A DNA stretch of 64,000 bases from Octopus sinensis (lineage: Eukaryota). A program made the translations under genes and the position numbers. Location of the stretch: the NCBI RefSeq assembly GCF_006345805.1, contig NC_042997.1, positions 121,210,001 to 121,274,000 on the forward strand, read 5' to 3'. This document shows, in pieces, positions 13,790 to 30,065 of this stretch (its first letter is position 1; each line of letters starts with the position of its first letter). The notes below the pieces were generated by a model. That model was not told where the DNA came from and ran no database searches. It worked only from the letters and a program-made list of their open reading frames with translations.

Positions 13790-14030
13790 GTAATAAAAAA
13801 ATAATAAATGCGCCCTTTTAAAGTCTAGCCAGGCTCATGTGCATGGCTTCTCTATTTCTATGGGACGCCAGTCCATCGCAGCGCTACTCATTTTTGCCTG
13901 CTGAGTGGACTGGAGCAACGTGAAATGAAGTGTTCTGCTGAAGAACACAACGCGTCGCCCGGTCCAGGAATCGAAATCACAATCTTAAGATCATGGTGCT
14001 CGCACCCTAACCACTAAGCCACGCGCCTCC
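13790..14030 (-). mobile_element. tRNA-derived SINE family C
   Basis: Minus head gaggcgcgtggcttagtggttaggg...gatttcgattcctgg, then ccagtccactcagc. The 3' end gagcctggctagacttt is shared with 44942-45250. Confidence 0.75.
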
Positions 14031-14538
14031 ACTCTGACATCCAGTGCCTTCCACAAATTCCTCGCTTATATGCTATTCTTGGTCGGTCGATACCTGTATG
14101 TCTATGCTTGGCTGTCCAGATTATGCAATCGCTTGATGTTTCAATACTTTTTAAAAAGTGTTCTTTTTTTCTTCTTTTCTCTGGTTACCGTGATGATTGC
14201 AAAAAGACTGGCATACAGTCACTGTTTTGCATAATTTTTGCTGTCGAGAACTGCATGAAGCATTATGAATCCTCAAGCAGAGTCGTTTTTGAAATAAACC
14301 ACAGTATAGTCCAGATTCAAAGACTGCTTTTCATGTTACCAGGAAGGAAACAATTCCATATAAATCTGAGTTTTGTCTAAGGTATTCCATGCTTTTCCCA
14401 TTCCTTAGTCCACTCGAATCTCCTCTCAAATGTGTGAACTTGTCAGAAAGATTTTTAAAGAAATTTCTAGTGGTGTTCACTGATTCCCAATCATAAAATT
14501 CTTTATCTCACTGAATACAATCATATCTTCTATCTGTC

Positions 14539-14607
<69 letters not shown>

Positions 14608-14964
14608 CTCTGTTTTTGTCTCTCTGTGTGTCTATCTGTCTCTCTCTCCTTCTGTCTCTCTCCTTCTGTCTCCCTCTCTCTCACTCTTTGTCTCACTCAT
14701 TCTTTCTGCTGATTTTTGTTCATCTGAATGTTCATGTTGCAATAGAAAGCTTTATGTGGAGAGGCAATTCACATAAGACTTGTGTCGCAATACTTTTAAA
14801 ACTATATATTTAGCTAAATCTAAATATGTTTTCATATAAGAAGGATTTATCTTGAAAGCAACAGCTAGCTATCACACCTAATAAATATTAAAGTGAATTT
14901 CTGATTGATAACGTTGCAGTGGCACATTTCTCTCCACTCTCTCCCTCTGTCTTTATACATACAT

Positions 14965-15003
<39 letters not shown>

Positions 15004-15024
15004 ACACACACACACACACACACA

Positions 15025-15100
<76 letters not shown>

Positions 15101-15518
15101 GAGCTTGATGCAGTTATTTCTATCATGACTTATTATGTAGGAAAAAATTCCATATAACTTTATAGATATTTTCTACGTTAATTTTGCATTAGTTATTTCT
15201 GAAAACCAAAATTGTCTATGCAAGTAATATTTACAATTGTGCATTTGAGAATAAAACATTTATTCACAATTTTGTTCGAATTGTTTTCCGACTAACTATA
15301 ATTGATGTCTTGAAATAGTATTTCGCATGCTCATTTCTGTTCGTAACTCTATGTACGTATGTGCGAACGATTGATCATATATAAATATATAGATATGTTA
15401 TAATGCTGTGTGTGTGTGTATGCATGTGTATGCGCAATAGCGCGTGTGTAATTCGCATTAGCTTACACATGTAAATGTACAAGTACACACATGCACACAC
15501 ACACACACATACACACAG

Positions 15519-15598
<80 letters not shown>

Positions 15599-15642
15599 CA
15601 TATGCATATATATGCATATATATGTTTGTGTATGTATGTATG

Positions 15643-15673
<31 letters not shown>

Positions 15674-17734
15674 GCATATATATGCATATATATGTTTGTG
15701 TATAATCATGTGTGTGCAACTATGTATGTGTCTGACAAATGTTAAGGGAAACCGCGTTGCCATATAAAACGTAGCCTGGTATATAAGAAAGCATACATCG
15801 AAGAATGATTGCAAAATTCATGAGTTCCAAATGCGTACATGGAACTTACTTCAGGTTATTTGTGGAAGATAAATTTTAGAAATTGCCACCAAAACGATTA
15901 AGACAGTTAAAAGTAGACATTTTTATGAATCGAATTTTACAGGAAATAAATCTTAATTTAATTTAATCCTTATTTAAATGTTTTAGATTAATCCACAGTG
16001 CAAGACAAAAAGAATATAAGTAATTTAATCATCATATATCTTAAGTTCACATTCCTTATAAATCAACATCGCACTTCATAGATAGAGGCCGATATGGCGG
16101 TGCCCCAGCATGGCCACAGTTCGTGAGCTGAAACTAGATGAAATAAAATAAAAATAAAAATAAATATAAGATTCGCATTAAAAGCTGTAGATTGGTGGAA
16201 CTCTCAGGTCGCCATCCTTTATGATTCATGCATTTTTGTGACTCACTATGTTCTGATTTCAATTCCCATCCTGGATTTCTTGAGCAGTAGCTATATTTAG
16301 TAGAAATATCTAACACAACCACCCGGCAATGTGGGTACCTTTCGCAAAGACTGCTCTGTTGCTAATATTCCACCCCAATATTCTCTTTCAGGATATTTTA
16401 CTCCCCATCGTTGAAGAATGATGATTCTTTTGCAGGCCCAGCAAAAACACACATAAAGCATTGTATATATGCAGTGCCTGAACTCCAGCGAAGTGTTGTT
16501 TTTGCTTGATTTATAAGGAAAATATTTCTTCTACGACTTCAAATATCTAGCAGGAAATTAATATTTAGATGGTGGTGCATTGTACTAAGCAGATATCACT
16601 CTAAAATATAAAAATTTCCAACAGTTTCTTGTCAGGTAAGAAATTAACGGTGTGACTGATTAGAAATCTGAGGAAAATAGCCTCTCGAAAATCTTCAATA
16701 AATCAAAAGAGTTGTCATGAAGATGAAGTTATAATCAGGTATATTTGAATGCTACTTTCTCTATGATATTAACTTGCAGATATCAAATTATATCTATATT
16801 CAAAAGCTGTTCAGAATCGTAGACAGTATAACCACTCAATAGCCTGATGGCTACTGGATAGAGAACATAATAAGTGAGAAGCGATAATACAAGAGCGGAT
16901 AGTACATCGAAGCAAATAACTAACAAACTGAACTATGGAAAATAATGACATTTATTAGACATTTGATATAAAATACAAAACGTAGAGGTTATAACAAAGA
17001 GAGAAATATCAAGTAAAATGCTTCAAAAATATGGGGTACGCAGAATCACAGTCTTTATTAAAGAAATGCAAATAACGTCGTCGGTAAACACTTGTTGAAT
17101 TAGCCTATGGAAAACTTTGAGAAAATGCAAACTTATATGAAATTAAAATAATGAAATCAAATGGCTAAATGTCTAAATTACTAATTAGTACCGAACGGCA
17201 AACGAAAAAAGATAAAGTGACAGAAAAAAAAAATATGAATTAAACAGCCGAATACAAATATCAACTTGACTAAATGAGAAAGGCGAAATACGAACTTTTA
17301 CAATTAAAAGAGTTATAGAGATATAGAGAAACAGAATATCATTATGAAATTAGTAGAAAAGCCATAGAAAGAGCAGATGATGGCATGACTACCACAAAAA
17401 ATGTACGACTAAAATAATAAATGTAAAACAAATATAACACCAGATATAACAGCAAAAACAATGAATGAAAAAGAGATCAACCAATGAAAGATCAAATCCG
17501 AAAACGACCACATACAAGAGATTAATAAAACCGAAGTAAGCAAAAGCAAGAACTACTTCTGTGTAGAGGAATCGATCTGAAATTACCGGCTGAGAATTTT
17601 ACAGTTTACATGAATACGAATTTAGTTCAAAGTATGGCATCTAATAAGTATAGCATATCTTATTCGTTGGTAAATTAGATCATTAAACATACAGACACAC
17701 ATAAAAAGGCACGTGCATATACACACAAACACAT

Positions 17735-17797
<63 letters not shown>

Positions 17798-18584
17798 CAT
17801 ACATACATACATACATACATACATACATTCATGCATACATACATACATACATACATACATACATACATACATACATACATACATACATACTTAGAGAGAT
17901 AGAGAGATTAAATATAATATTATATAAAATAGATAGGGTATGAGATCTTTTATGAATTTTTGTATGGAAATGATTATAAAAATCATTAAGCTGAAACAAA
18001 AAAAAACGGGGCAGAAAAAAACGGGAAAGCAAAAGTTCATAGTGGTTCTTCAAGGATAGTTAAATATCTTGAAAGTTAATACTCCAAATCACACAGGTAC
18101 GAGAAAGAAGAATAGAGATTATCATTTAGAGGTGTTCCGGGATTCGGTGATAAGTGCAGTACACATCCATTACACTCACACGCGCACGCGTGTGCGAGGC
18201 ACACTCATACACGCAGACACACATACATACGCACGCACACACACATATATATAATAACGAAGACGGCTATACGTAATATGAAACCGAAAAGGAAAATTTC
18301 AATTGTCAATAATAGTGTTTGAGAGAAGCACCTACATTACAAGAAGCAAATCTCAAAGGCCCTTATAGCCGCTAAAAAGCACAGATGTATGTACTGGCAA
18401 GGAAGTTAACTGCACCACAGTGAGCAAGATCACTATACTAGCTAGCTAGGTTTGCTTAGTTCATCAATAATGACTTCCCTTTCGCTGATGATTAAGCTAA
18501 ATCACATCTGACAGTATGTAGTATTTACCATATGAATATATATATATATGTATATATATATTATATATATATATATTATATATG

Positions 18585-18626
<42 letters not shown>

Positions 18627-18633
18627 GTATGTA

Positions 18634-20002
<1,369 letters not shown>

Positions 20003-20598
20003 TATACAAAATATATTTGTATTATACATATATACATACGTGTATACATGCATAAGGCTATATTTTACGAAACAAAAGAAAACAAAAAAGACTGACGCCA
20101 CATATTTTCAAACACCGGGAATTCTCTAATCTCAAAAATCTTCTCGCTTTGTTAACAACTTGTTTGAGCTCTCTTAAGAACTTAAATAAATCTCATAGAA
20201 AAAACGTAGGCACATATCTATAGCATCTATTATTGTATGCAAACTATACAATAAATTCGACTTGACTTTATTCCAGAACATATTCGATGTTCTTTACTTA
20301 CTGATGTTCTAGAAGTCACACACGAGTTCCAGGCTGGTTTTCTCTTCACAAATATAACGGCTTTGAATTTACAACATTCTACGCTGACCATAAGGTTTCA
20401 CTTCCGGAATGCTTTCTAGAATGATTTTTATGTATGGTTCATATTTGTGAATAGTTAACAAACGAGGTTGAAAGAGCTATTCATTATCATCACGCTTCAG
20501 TGAACCAGTCTGTAAACATGCTGTTCCTGTTCTCTATCTCTTATGTTGCTAATTTAACTCTTCCCGCTAGTCTGAACTACATTTACACCAACACACAA

Positions 20599-20665
<67 letters not shown>

Positions 20666-21910
20666 ATACTTTCATTTCTCTTTCCGTCATCTGTCCGGGT
20701 TTTTTTCCCTTCTCCAAATCCTGCAAAAACTTGTTATTATAGATTGAAATTCTACAGGAAATGTTCGCTTTGTTGAAAAGGTAATTAAAGTTGAAATTAA
20801 TCATCCTTGACCAGAATAATTTGGGAGTGATTGAAGAAGTTATGTATCATTGTAAAATACTCTATAAGCATTTGTCTGTTTATAATGTTATAGAATAGCT
20901 TAACATGATTGTGCTTTCCGTAAATGTTTTAGCTAAGAAATAATTTTCGCTTCTTATTTTTATTCTACGTTTTTTTTTATTCTCTTTTATTCTATTCCCA
21001 TCCAGTTCATTTTCTGAGTCCACGTGTATTTACTTATGTGTATTCAAATAATTTCATAATACAGAATTACTTATCAAAAGTAAATATGTTTGTCTTCATT
21101 TCCTTTATACAAAACATTATGACATTCCTTGTATATAATTTAGCTTAGCTTACCAACATTTCCGTTAAAAATCAAGTCAAGCTAAGAGAGAAAAAATATT
21201 AAATTATTTCGTATGTTTGTTGAATATCATGTTTTTCACAGAGTATGAAATAAATAAGGCGTTAAAACAAAGAATTGAAAAGATAGAAGCCAAAAGAAAA
21301 GAATGTTGTATTGACGTTTTTGACGTGATATTCTGGACTATAATCACCCACAACCAACCATCAGTTTCTTCTGCGTCTTTTAGAGAAGAAAAAAAAAACA
21401 TTTTAGATATCCAAAGAAAATCATCAAAATACTTTGTAATACAAATACTACGACCATTAAAAGCAATAAGCACAAACAGAAATGCAATGCTACAAATAGA
21501 AGTGTCCATGTGTGTTGAAGCATGATATTTCGGAAATGTAACAGTATTTCTTGAGGAAATTTCAACGATGATAATATTGAGTTATATTCTAAATAGACAG
21601 ATTTAGTGAAACATATTTACAGTAACGATGAAAATGTGAGTGTAATAAGCAGAAAGATAAAGTTAGAGAGACAAATAGAATGTGTTACAATGAGGTGGGT
21701 AAAGATATACAGAAATAGAAAAATTGAAATGTGCATGCACATAAGCAGAGATACACAGAAAACACACATACAGATTCGAGCATAGATATATTTGTATTTA
21801 TGTGTGTATTTATAATCAATACAAATATTGCTTTTATGTACATATGTATATTTTCTCTCTCGCGCGCGCTCTCGTTCACTCTCTCTCTCTCTCTCACTCT
21901 CTCTCCCTCT

Positions 21911-21942
<32 letters not shown>

Positions 21943-22132
21943 TTTATGACTCGTCTTTTTCAATATGCGAGTTTTTCGTTATCAAGGGAAAGCTTAAAAT
22001 AGAAAACGGGCATAAAACAATGGGATATTTTAGGTCACCCAGCAGTTCTCTCAAAGCCACTCACCTGATGGCATGCACAACTACTGCTGGATCATATTAC
22101 TATAATATTTATGAAATAATATGTATAATATG

Positions 22133-22450
22133 AAGGGCGGCGAGCTGGCAGAAACGTTAGCACGCCGGGAAAAATGCGTAGCCGTATTTCGTTTGCCGTT
22201 ACGTTCTGAGTTCAAATTCCGCCGAGGTCGACATTGCCTTTCATCCTTTCGGATCGATAAATTAAGTACCAGTCACGCACTGGGGTCCATGTAATCGACT
22301 TAATCCCTTTGTCTGTCCTTGTTTGTTGTCTATGTGTTTAACCTCTTGTGGATAGTAAAGAAATAGGTATTTCGTCTGTCTTTACGGTAAGTTCAAAACC
22401 GACTAGGTCGACTTTGTCTTTTTTGGTCAATAATTTAAGTACATGTTGCG
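22133..22450 (+). mobile_element. tRNA-derived SINE family B
   Basis: ggcggcgagctggcagaaacgttagcacgccggg...gagttcaaattccgccgaggtcgac. Homologous copies at 49.4-50.0 kb. Confidence 0.85.
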
Positions 22451-22755
22451 ATCTAATCGACTGGCCCGCTACCCAAGGTAAAAAAAGAATATGTATAATG
22501 TGAAACTGTGCATATTACTACTGGATTTCATGCAAAACTCATTTAATGTGATAAGGATTAAATCCACTCCATTGCATTTACTTGTATTATAATAGTCTTC
22601 TATGAATTCCGCGTACACTGATCGATTTACATACGTATATCCAGAAAAATGAGTATTCCTGCTGTATGTGAGCATATAATAGCTGATAAGCGTGGGGGAG
22701 ATTTGAAATGTTCATTTATCACTCAGATGATATATATATACACACACACACACAA

Positions 22756-22787
<32 letters not shown>

Positions 22788-22789
22788 CT

Positions 22790-23142
22790 ATAGGCTATGG
22801 TGTGGCTTTGTTTTAAGAAGCTTTCTTCTCAACCACATGGTTCCAGGTTCAGTCCCACTGCATGGCACCTTAGACAATTTTTTCTACTATGGCCTCGGCA
22901 GATAGAAACTGAAAGAAGCCCGTCGTATATGCATGTATTTATGTGTGTTTTTTGTGTTTGTCCCTCGCTTGACGGGGGACCGATGTTTTTGTGTTTACGT
23001 GTGCGTAACTTAGCGGTTCGGACAAAGAGACCGATAGAATAAGGTCTAGGCTTACAAAGAATAAGTCTTGGGGTTGATCAGTTCGACTAAAAGGCAGTGC
23101 TCCAGCATAGACGCAGTCAAAAGACTAAAACAAAAACAAGAA
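22790..23142 (+). mobile_element. SINE family A
   Basis: aaccacatggttccaggttcagtcccactg head plus family tail. Confidence 0.8.
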
Positions 23143-23597
23143 TGTATATTTAATATGCTTGTAAATGTTGATGTAACATGTGTTATGTAACTAAGAGGAT
23201 TATGAAACTGCAGTAAACGAATGGATTAAACATCTACTCTCTCTTGGATTACTTCTCTTATCTATTCTACATGTGTTCTGCGCATGTCTTTGCATCTGCG
23301 TTATACCCCGTTCCACCACTTCCATACCGATGTTGGCGTGTTTATTTTCAAGTAAATTTTACGGTTCGCCCAAAGTGACCGAAAAAGTACTGATGTCGAT
23401 TCGTTCATCTAAAATTCTTCAAGGCGGTGCCCCAGCATGGCCACATTCTAATAATAGAAAGAAATGACAGATAAAAGATAAACGTCCATTATATAAATGT
23501 ATGTAACTTCGATACATGTATTAGGTACCAGTTTCAGGCGTTTTCTGCTTATTTTTTAATGCAGTAATTTTTTACACCATGGCGTATACTCTTGTTT

Positions 23598-23808
23598 TTT
23601 TACTTGTTTCAATCATTTGACTGCGGCCATGCTGGGGCACCGCATTTAGTCGGGCAAATCGACCCCAGGACTTATTCTTTGTAAGCCTAGTACTTATTCT
23701 ATCGGTCTCTCTTGCCGAACAGCTAAGTTACGGGGACGTAAACACACCAGCATCGGTTGTCAAGCGATGTTGTGAGGAACAAACATAGACACACAAACAT
23801 ATACACGC

Positions 23809-23839
<31 letters not shown>

Positions 23840-24000
23840 CGACGGGCTTCTTTCAGTTTCCGTCTACCAAATCCATTCACAAGGCTTTGGTCGGCCCGAA
23901 GCTATCGTAGAAGACACTTGGCCAAGGTGCCACGCAGTGGGACTGAACTCGGAACCATGTGGTTGATAAGCAAGCTACTTACCACACAGCCACCCCTGCG
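23598..24000 (-). mobile_element. SINE family A
   Basis: Full head, internal (TA)n and tail on the minus strand. Confidence 0.85.
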
Positions 24001-24550
24001 CCAATGTTAAACTCTTAACGAAAGCAGTTTCCAATATTGACCTCACATACAGGAATGTACTTCCAATAACACAGCTAATGACTGGTGATGTCAACACCAA
24101 ATCTACTGAAGAATTGCCAATGTAAATACCAAAAGCCGCAAATAAACAGGGACAGCAGATCCATCGAAGAACTGAATCGGAAAATTGAAAATGTGGCTGT
24201 AGGAGAAATCGTAATTGTAAAGTTTATTTTTCATGCAGTGATGAATTCTGTAATGACTTATTTAATTGTTATAAAATTGCGAAAGAAAATCCCCCGAAGA
24301 CTGTGCGGAAATAATTAAATCCTACGGTGATTATCTTCGTCCAGAACTGAATTATTTTACGGTTTAACAATTGTATAAACGGGGGACATTGGCTAAAATT
24401 GCTTCATCAGTTGATTCTAGTAATCTTTTTATCTGAAAATGACGGATGTAATTTTATTCTGAAAAGAAAAAAAATACACAAAACTATCACATGAATATTA
24501 CTCTAGATCAGGCATGATGTCCAGAATAAATAACGCTGCTGCTACTGCTG

Positions 24551-24599
<49 letters not shown>

Positions 24600-24949
24600 C
24601 GCTGCTGCTATTGCCACCATCTCTACTATTATGACTGCTATGCGATGTCTGCTTAGCAATCAAGCTGACCGGACTATGTTGGCATGAAGCCAAACTGACT
24701 GCCAACACGCTGTCAGTTATTTTACCAACGACCATGAGAATAAAAAAAATATTCCACTTGTTTAAGTGAAGTATAAATGTTTGAAAGAGAAGATTATCGT
24801 ATTTGTAAAACTATCTTTTGAGAAAAGACATCGAACAAGTATAAATAAAGCAATAAGCAAATGAGCTGACTCTAAGAGAGCTCAAAGAAACAGGGGACAG
24901 AATATTTTCTGCAATGTAGCAATTCGACAAATTAACCCTTGTTAGAGTA

Positions 24950-26350
24950 CATTTTGATAACTCCAAAAGAAATATACATATATATATATACTTGGAAAGG
25001 CAGAAGAATTAACGAAAATGCAAATCAATATAGCAGTGCTATCCTCGGATTTGAAAATGATGAAGCGGGCCGTTGTTGATCTGCAATGAACAATATGGAA
25101 TGTCGCGTTGCTTATCGCATGCAAACATAGAAATTTGTTCACTCTCCACTAACTTAGAGTGGAAAGTATTGTGGAAAATTCGTTGGAGAAGAGAAAATGT
25201 GAGTAATGACAGACTACTCATTCTTAAATACGAAGTAAAAGCTGTTGTTGTAAAATTCCTTCAGCAAAGAATAGGAGTTGAAAGTGTAAAGTTTAACAAG
25301 AAATTCAATTGAAACCAATCAGTAGTTTAACAAGGCACGAATGGACAATCAATAGATATCGTAGTGACACCGTCACAGGATGTTACAGGGTAATTCTGGA
25401 GAAAACTCTAAAATGAAGCAAAGAATTTTAATCAAAGAGCAATGAAGCTGGAAGAAACACGGCAGAAATATTGTCTATTTATTAAACAAAGAACATTGTG
25501 GCCCAATAAATTCAGTTAGAAAAGGAGTAGGTTACAGGTACAATGACTGAAATATATCTGCGATATCTTATTTAACTTTATTGGTGAATTCTCAATGTAA
25601 ATATACATATATTAAGTTTTTAATACTGATTGAAGCAATAATGTTTCCATCATTACCTGGTGGAAACCTAGTCTTGCTGCATGTCATGTATGAAACACAT
25701 GGAGCTTGTCTGAGACTGTACCTCGCAGTAATCCGGAAAAATGAAATGGTGTAGGAATGCAGATAAACCATTTACAAGCGACAGCCAGTAGAAGATTGGT
25801 GAAAGAAAACTTTCAGGATGTCTCGCATATTATAGGTAGCTGCCCTAAAATATATTTATGGTTTTATCTACATACGACTCATGGTCGCGTGATGAGAAGG
25901 TTACATAATGTAATCAGTAGAAGAAGCAATCGTAAGGAAAAAAGAAAGGAAGCCAGATTGATGCAGGGGGACAGGACCAAGTAAAATATGAAAGAAACCT
26001 AGCGAAATGACACCGTCAATTCCTACGTGACACGCAAGCACAATAGAAGAGACAAAATGGTTGGGGATAAGGGAAATAGAATATGCACAATAGTTGAAAC
26101 TAGCTTCCCAACAGTTGCCAACATGAGTGAAAGACGTCAAGACAAAACAGAACATCAATACTGAACAGGCGAGTAATCCACAGATGCTTTGTCCGGGCAA
26201 TAAATTTAGATTTCTACCAATAATTTTTGAAGAACTAAGGTACGTGAATAGTCATATCAGCAGCAAGCGTGGGAAGCTGATAGTCACAAAACTAGAAAGA
26301 TCACGCTCTGTTAGATGATTACAGTTACAAACTGTCAGCCGTATTGCCAA
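24950..26350 (+). mobile_element. Degenerate RLE-type non-LTR retrotransposon 3' region (R4/NeSL/CRE-like)
   Basis: SRRLVKENFQDVSHIIGSCPKIYLWFYLHTTHGRV (decayed CCHC knuckle plus RHD-like motif) and KHNRRDKMVGDKGNRICTIVETSFP (RPD..D..E-like endonuclease). Confidence 0.6.
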
Positions 26351-26826
26351 AACAGGTAAAACATTCATAACGTTCAGTCTGTAATAAGTTCTATGTAAGC
26401 AATAGCATTCATGCTTATGTCATTGGGTATATGTGCAGATACATATGTATATGTAGACATTCATACATTAATTCATGTGCTTCTGCATATATATGACGGA
26501 TTACAGCTTGCCTTTATGCCTTCTGAATGCCTGCAAATTCACTACCTTGGAAATACAGGAAAATTAAAGGAAAGCAAATTGATATACAAGTGTTACCATG
26601 AGTTTTGAAAATGGTGGAACGGACTGTTGTTGATCTTTGGTGAACTATTAGTCATGTCTCGTGACTTATCACATGCAAACATGCAAATAAATACTAATCC
26701 TTACCAGAAATGACTGAAAAATTATTAACATTCATCTACACAATACTATTCATGCTTTCGCTAATATGTATATGCGCATACTCGTATGTATATTGATACA
26801 TTTGTACATGAATAAATTAGGGTATA

Positions 26827-26897
<71 letters not shown>

Positions 26898-27383
26898 GCA
26901 TAAATATCTGCAACCATGCAACAATATACTCATACTTGACTACATAGGCTGCTGTCTAAGTTACAATGAAAGAATCTTATTCCTATGCTTGTATATGACT
27001 TTTTCTCATGTGAGAAGGATACTCGAAAATCGAAACCAAAATCAAGCATATATACATACATACATACATACATGCTTGTATGCATACAGGCATGCACACA
27101 TACTCACATATATGCATACATGCATGATTTTTAATTCACAAGAACATCGTAGATAATTGTTTGCGGAAAGGATTCTAGCAGAGGATTCAATAAATATGAA
27201 AATATTTTCGTGTTCAGAGCGATAACATAATGGTGACAAGATGAAAAGACTCTGGAATAAATATTGTCAACTTACATTAGAATAAATGCATTTATATATT
27301 TATATAGAATTTTCTCTGCCAGTCATATTTGTAACAGATAAAGTAAATCACAGTATTGTCCCCGGCGGGATGTAAAAAAGATA

Positions 27384-27441
<58 letters not shown>

Positions 27442-27491
27442 ATGTATGTATATGTATGTATGCATGTATGTATGTAAGTATGTATGAATGT

Positions 27492-27660
27492 ATAGGGAGT
27501 ATTCACAAAGAAACTAAAGACGAAGACAGGTCGTGTAGACAACAAACAGATGCATTAGTTTAACGCTCGGGAAGCAAAAATGTCTTTAACGTTTCGAGCC
27601 AACGCTCTTCCACAGAAAGAAACGGGGAGAGAAAATAAAGAATGTGTAGTTGCTAGCGAT
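27492..27660 (-). repeat. pLTR-like repeat with a minimal hammerhead relic
   Basis: Minus 27620-27583: tcttt CUGUGGA a gagc-gttg-gctc GAA ACGU U aaaga. Stem I 5 bp, stem II 4 bp, 4-nt palindromic stem III, core A6 substituted. Confidence 0.45.
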
Positions 27661-27929
27661 CTGACATGGTGTGTGTGTATGTACTGGTAGAATTACCCGA
27701 CGTTGCCCGAATGAAAGAGAATAATGAAATTTTTAAACGCTATATAGATTACTCAGGTCTCTCCTACTCGTAGCTGAGGTACCAACTTTGTACATTTATA
27801 ACTCTCCAACCAATGCCAGCATGGAACATAGGCGTTAAGTGAAATATTAATAGAAGGTTTTCAACTCATATATGTATATAAAGTATACACGTAATTCAAA
27901 AACGCCTTTTGGTGTAACTTTTGTCATAA

Positions 27930-28960
27930 CCAAAAAACTGGTACAGATTATAAACAATGACAGGCAGATTTTGGGGTCTCATTTGACAGAGGTATTAGCG
28001 AGCCAATCCGATTATAAATCTGACCTTGGATCTTGAACGTTTGCTTGGAATCCTGGCTCATTTAAATCTCTTGTGGTTCCAAATGACGTTATCTATAGTG
28101 CAGCGTTGTATTCTCTTTTTCTCTTTTTGCTTGTTTCAGTCATTTTGACTGCGGCCTTGCTGGAGCACCGCCTTTAATCGAGCAACTCGACCACGGGACT
28201 TATTCTTTGTAGGCCCAGTAGTTATTCTATCGGTCTCTTTTGCCGAACCGCTAAGTGACAGGGACATAAACACACCAGCATCGGTTGTCAAGCAATGCTA
28301 GGAGGACAAACACAGACACATAAACATACACGCACATACATATATATACATATATACGACGGGCTTCTTTCAGTTTCCGTCTACCAAATCCACTCACAAG
28401 GCTTTGGTCAGCCGGAGGCTATAGTAGAAGACACTTGCCCAAGGTGCTACGCAGTGGGACTGAACCCGGAACCATGTGGTTGGTAAACAAGCTACTTACC
28501 ACACAGCCACTCCTGCGCCTAAGTATTGTCTAATATTGCTTTAGAAGACCTTGGAATCTTTATCAGTTGATGATAACAGTTTCTAAAATGGCTCAGGAGG
28601 TTGGGGGATGGCAGGAAGTTTAACCTTTCCACCATTTCAGCGCAGTTCATGTGTCTCTCCAGGCTATTTCCTTGCTTTACAATGTATGTGCTCAGTTGTA
28701 ATTGCACCAATGGAAACTTTAGTGTCATCTGCATAATGAACTGCTTTATTACAATAGAAAGCTGCTTCATAGAAGTTGCTTCTCGGAGCTGTTGGAACCG
28801 TTCTTCGTTCTGCAGTGGTGATCCCATTCCTAGTCAAACCGTGCATACCTCTTTGAGATGTTCTGGCGTGTGTGGAGCACAGTCTGTTCGTTCCTTGGTA
28901 TGTTTCCCTTTCTGCAGCTGTCTCTTTTTCTCTTGGCAAATACATTCTTTTGGCTGACCT
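27930..28960 (-). mobile_element. Helitron RepHel N-terminal fragment, interrupted by a SINE
   Basis: Minus: IGAITTEHIHCKARK*PGETHELR*NGGKVKLPAIPQPPEPF*KLLSSTDKDSKVF*SNIRQY | SINE | YNAAL*ITSFG...TFKIQGQIYNRIGSLIP. These match the C..C...CC.nGkv.Lp...F..nIR.YN...SFG...F+IQGQIYHRIGSL motifs of Helitron proteins. Confidence 0.75.
28118..28519 (-). mobile_element. SINE family A inserted into the Helitron fragment
   Basis: Complete head and tail. The Helitron reading continues on both sides. Confidence 0.88.
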
Positions 28961-29143
28961 TGAAGGGTTGAAGCGAAATTTCTCACTTAATGAACTAAAG
29001 AGCAAGTGTCGAAGGAACCAGAAAAATTCGTTAAAAATAGAAAAAGAAAAATTGTTGCAAAAGTATATAACAAATCGTTAGGGAAATTAACAAAGTGTAC
29101 AAATTTCAAAGAAAGTTTTGAAGTTACTTCTGTCAATAATTCC

Positions 29144-29229
29144 GTCAGTACGATCGTTTCAAACGGCTCCATTACATTGAACAAAACAATCAGTACATCG
29201 ATTTAAATGCAGTGCCATCATCGGCTGCA
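29144..29229 (-). ncRNA. Degenerate hammerhead-like fold (family of 5065-5185)
   Basis: Minus: cag CCGAUGA uggc...gccguuu GAAA c gauc g UA cug. Palindromic stem III ACGAUCGU, GUA site, 3-bp stem I, U4C core change. Confidence 0.4.
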
Positions 29230-29501
29230 GAAATAAATAGAATTTTAACCGGTTGGACACATTGATTATATATATAATGAAGGTGGAGCCCCAAATCAAA
29301 TGACAGAAACAAATAAAAGATAAATGGTGATAGATAGATAGTTAGAAAGATAGATAGATAGTTAGATAGATAGATAACTAGATAGAGAGATAGAGAGATA
29401 GATAAATATATAGATAGATACATACATGCATACATACATAGATAAGTAGGTATGGTAATAGATAGACAGATAGAAAGATAAATAGTTAAGTAGGTAGGGT
29501 A

Positions 29502-29593
<92 letters not shown>

Positions 29594-30026
29594 GTGGATA
29601 GATAGATAAATAGATATATAGATAAGTAGGTAGGATAATTGATAGATAAGTAGGTAAGGTAATAGATAGAGAGAGAGAGAGAGAGAGAGAATGAGAGATA
29701 GACACATTCATTCATGCATACAGACATAAAATCGACTAGTATAGATTTGATGACTAATTATGATTAATATATGTAAACGGTTTAATTATTTTGTCTTAAC
29801 TCCAGAACAATGCAAAGTATTAGAAATTAATAACACAGTTCGATGATTTGTACTTTTACCAAGTTATTTCATTTCTATAAGTTTACAACATCTTCTTCAA
29901 CATTACCTAAACAACAGGTCGAAGAACAGACATATTGAAATAGCATATAAAAGTGCAAACCACCGAATTATTATAATATCAATTTTGAATAAAAAGTCAA
30001 CACACGCATATATATAACATATATAT

Positions 30027-30065
<39 letters not shown>

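Noticed and set aside
16300-16530. 77-codon stop-free minus-strand frame (KKYFPYK...QRWGVKYPEREYWGGILATEQSLRKV...) as a possible host exon
   Set aside because: No family recognised, splice signals are weak and no partner exon was found. BLASTx or RNA-seq would be needed.
16750-17560. A-rich stretch that looks like decayed LINE coding sequence
   Set aside because: No diagnostic motif could be read, so it cannot be assigned.
21232-21525. Possible acceptor tttttcacag followed by EYEINKALKQRIEKIEAKRKE..., and a possible mini-exon at 20743-20780
   Set aside because: The phases of the two candidates do not match and there is no recognisable homology.
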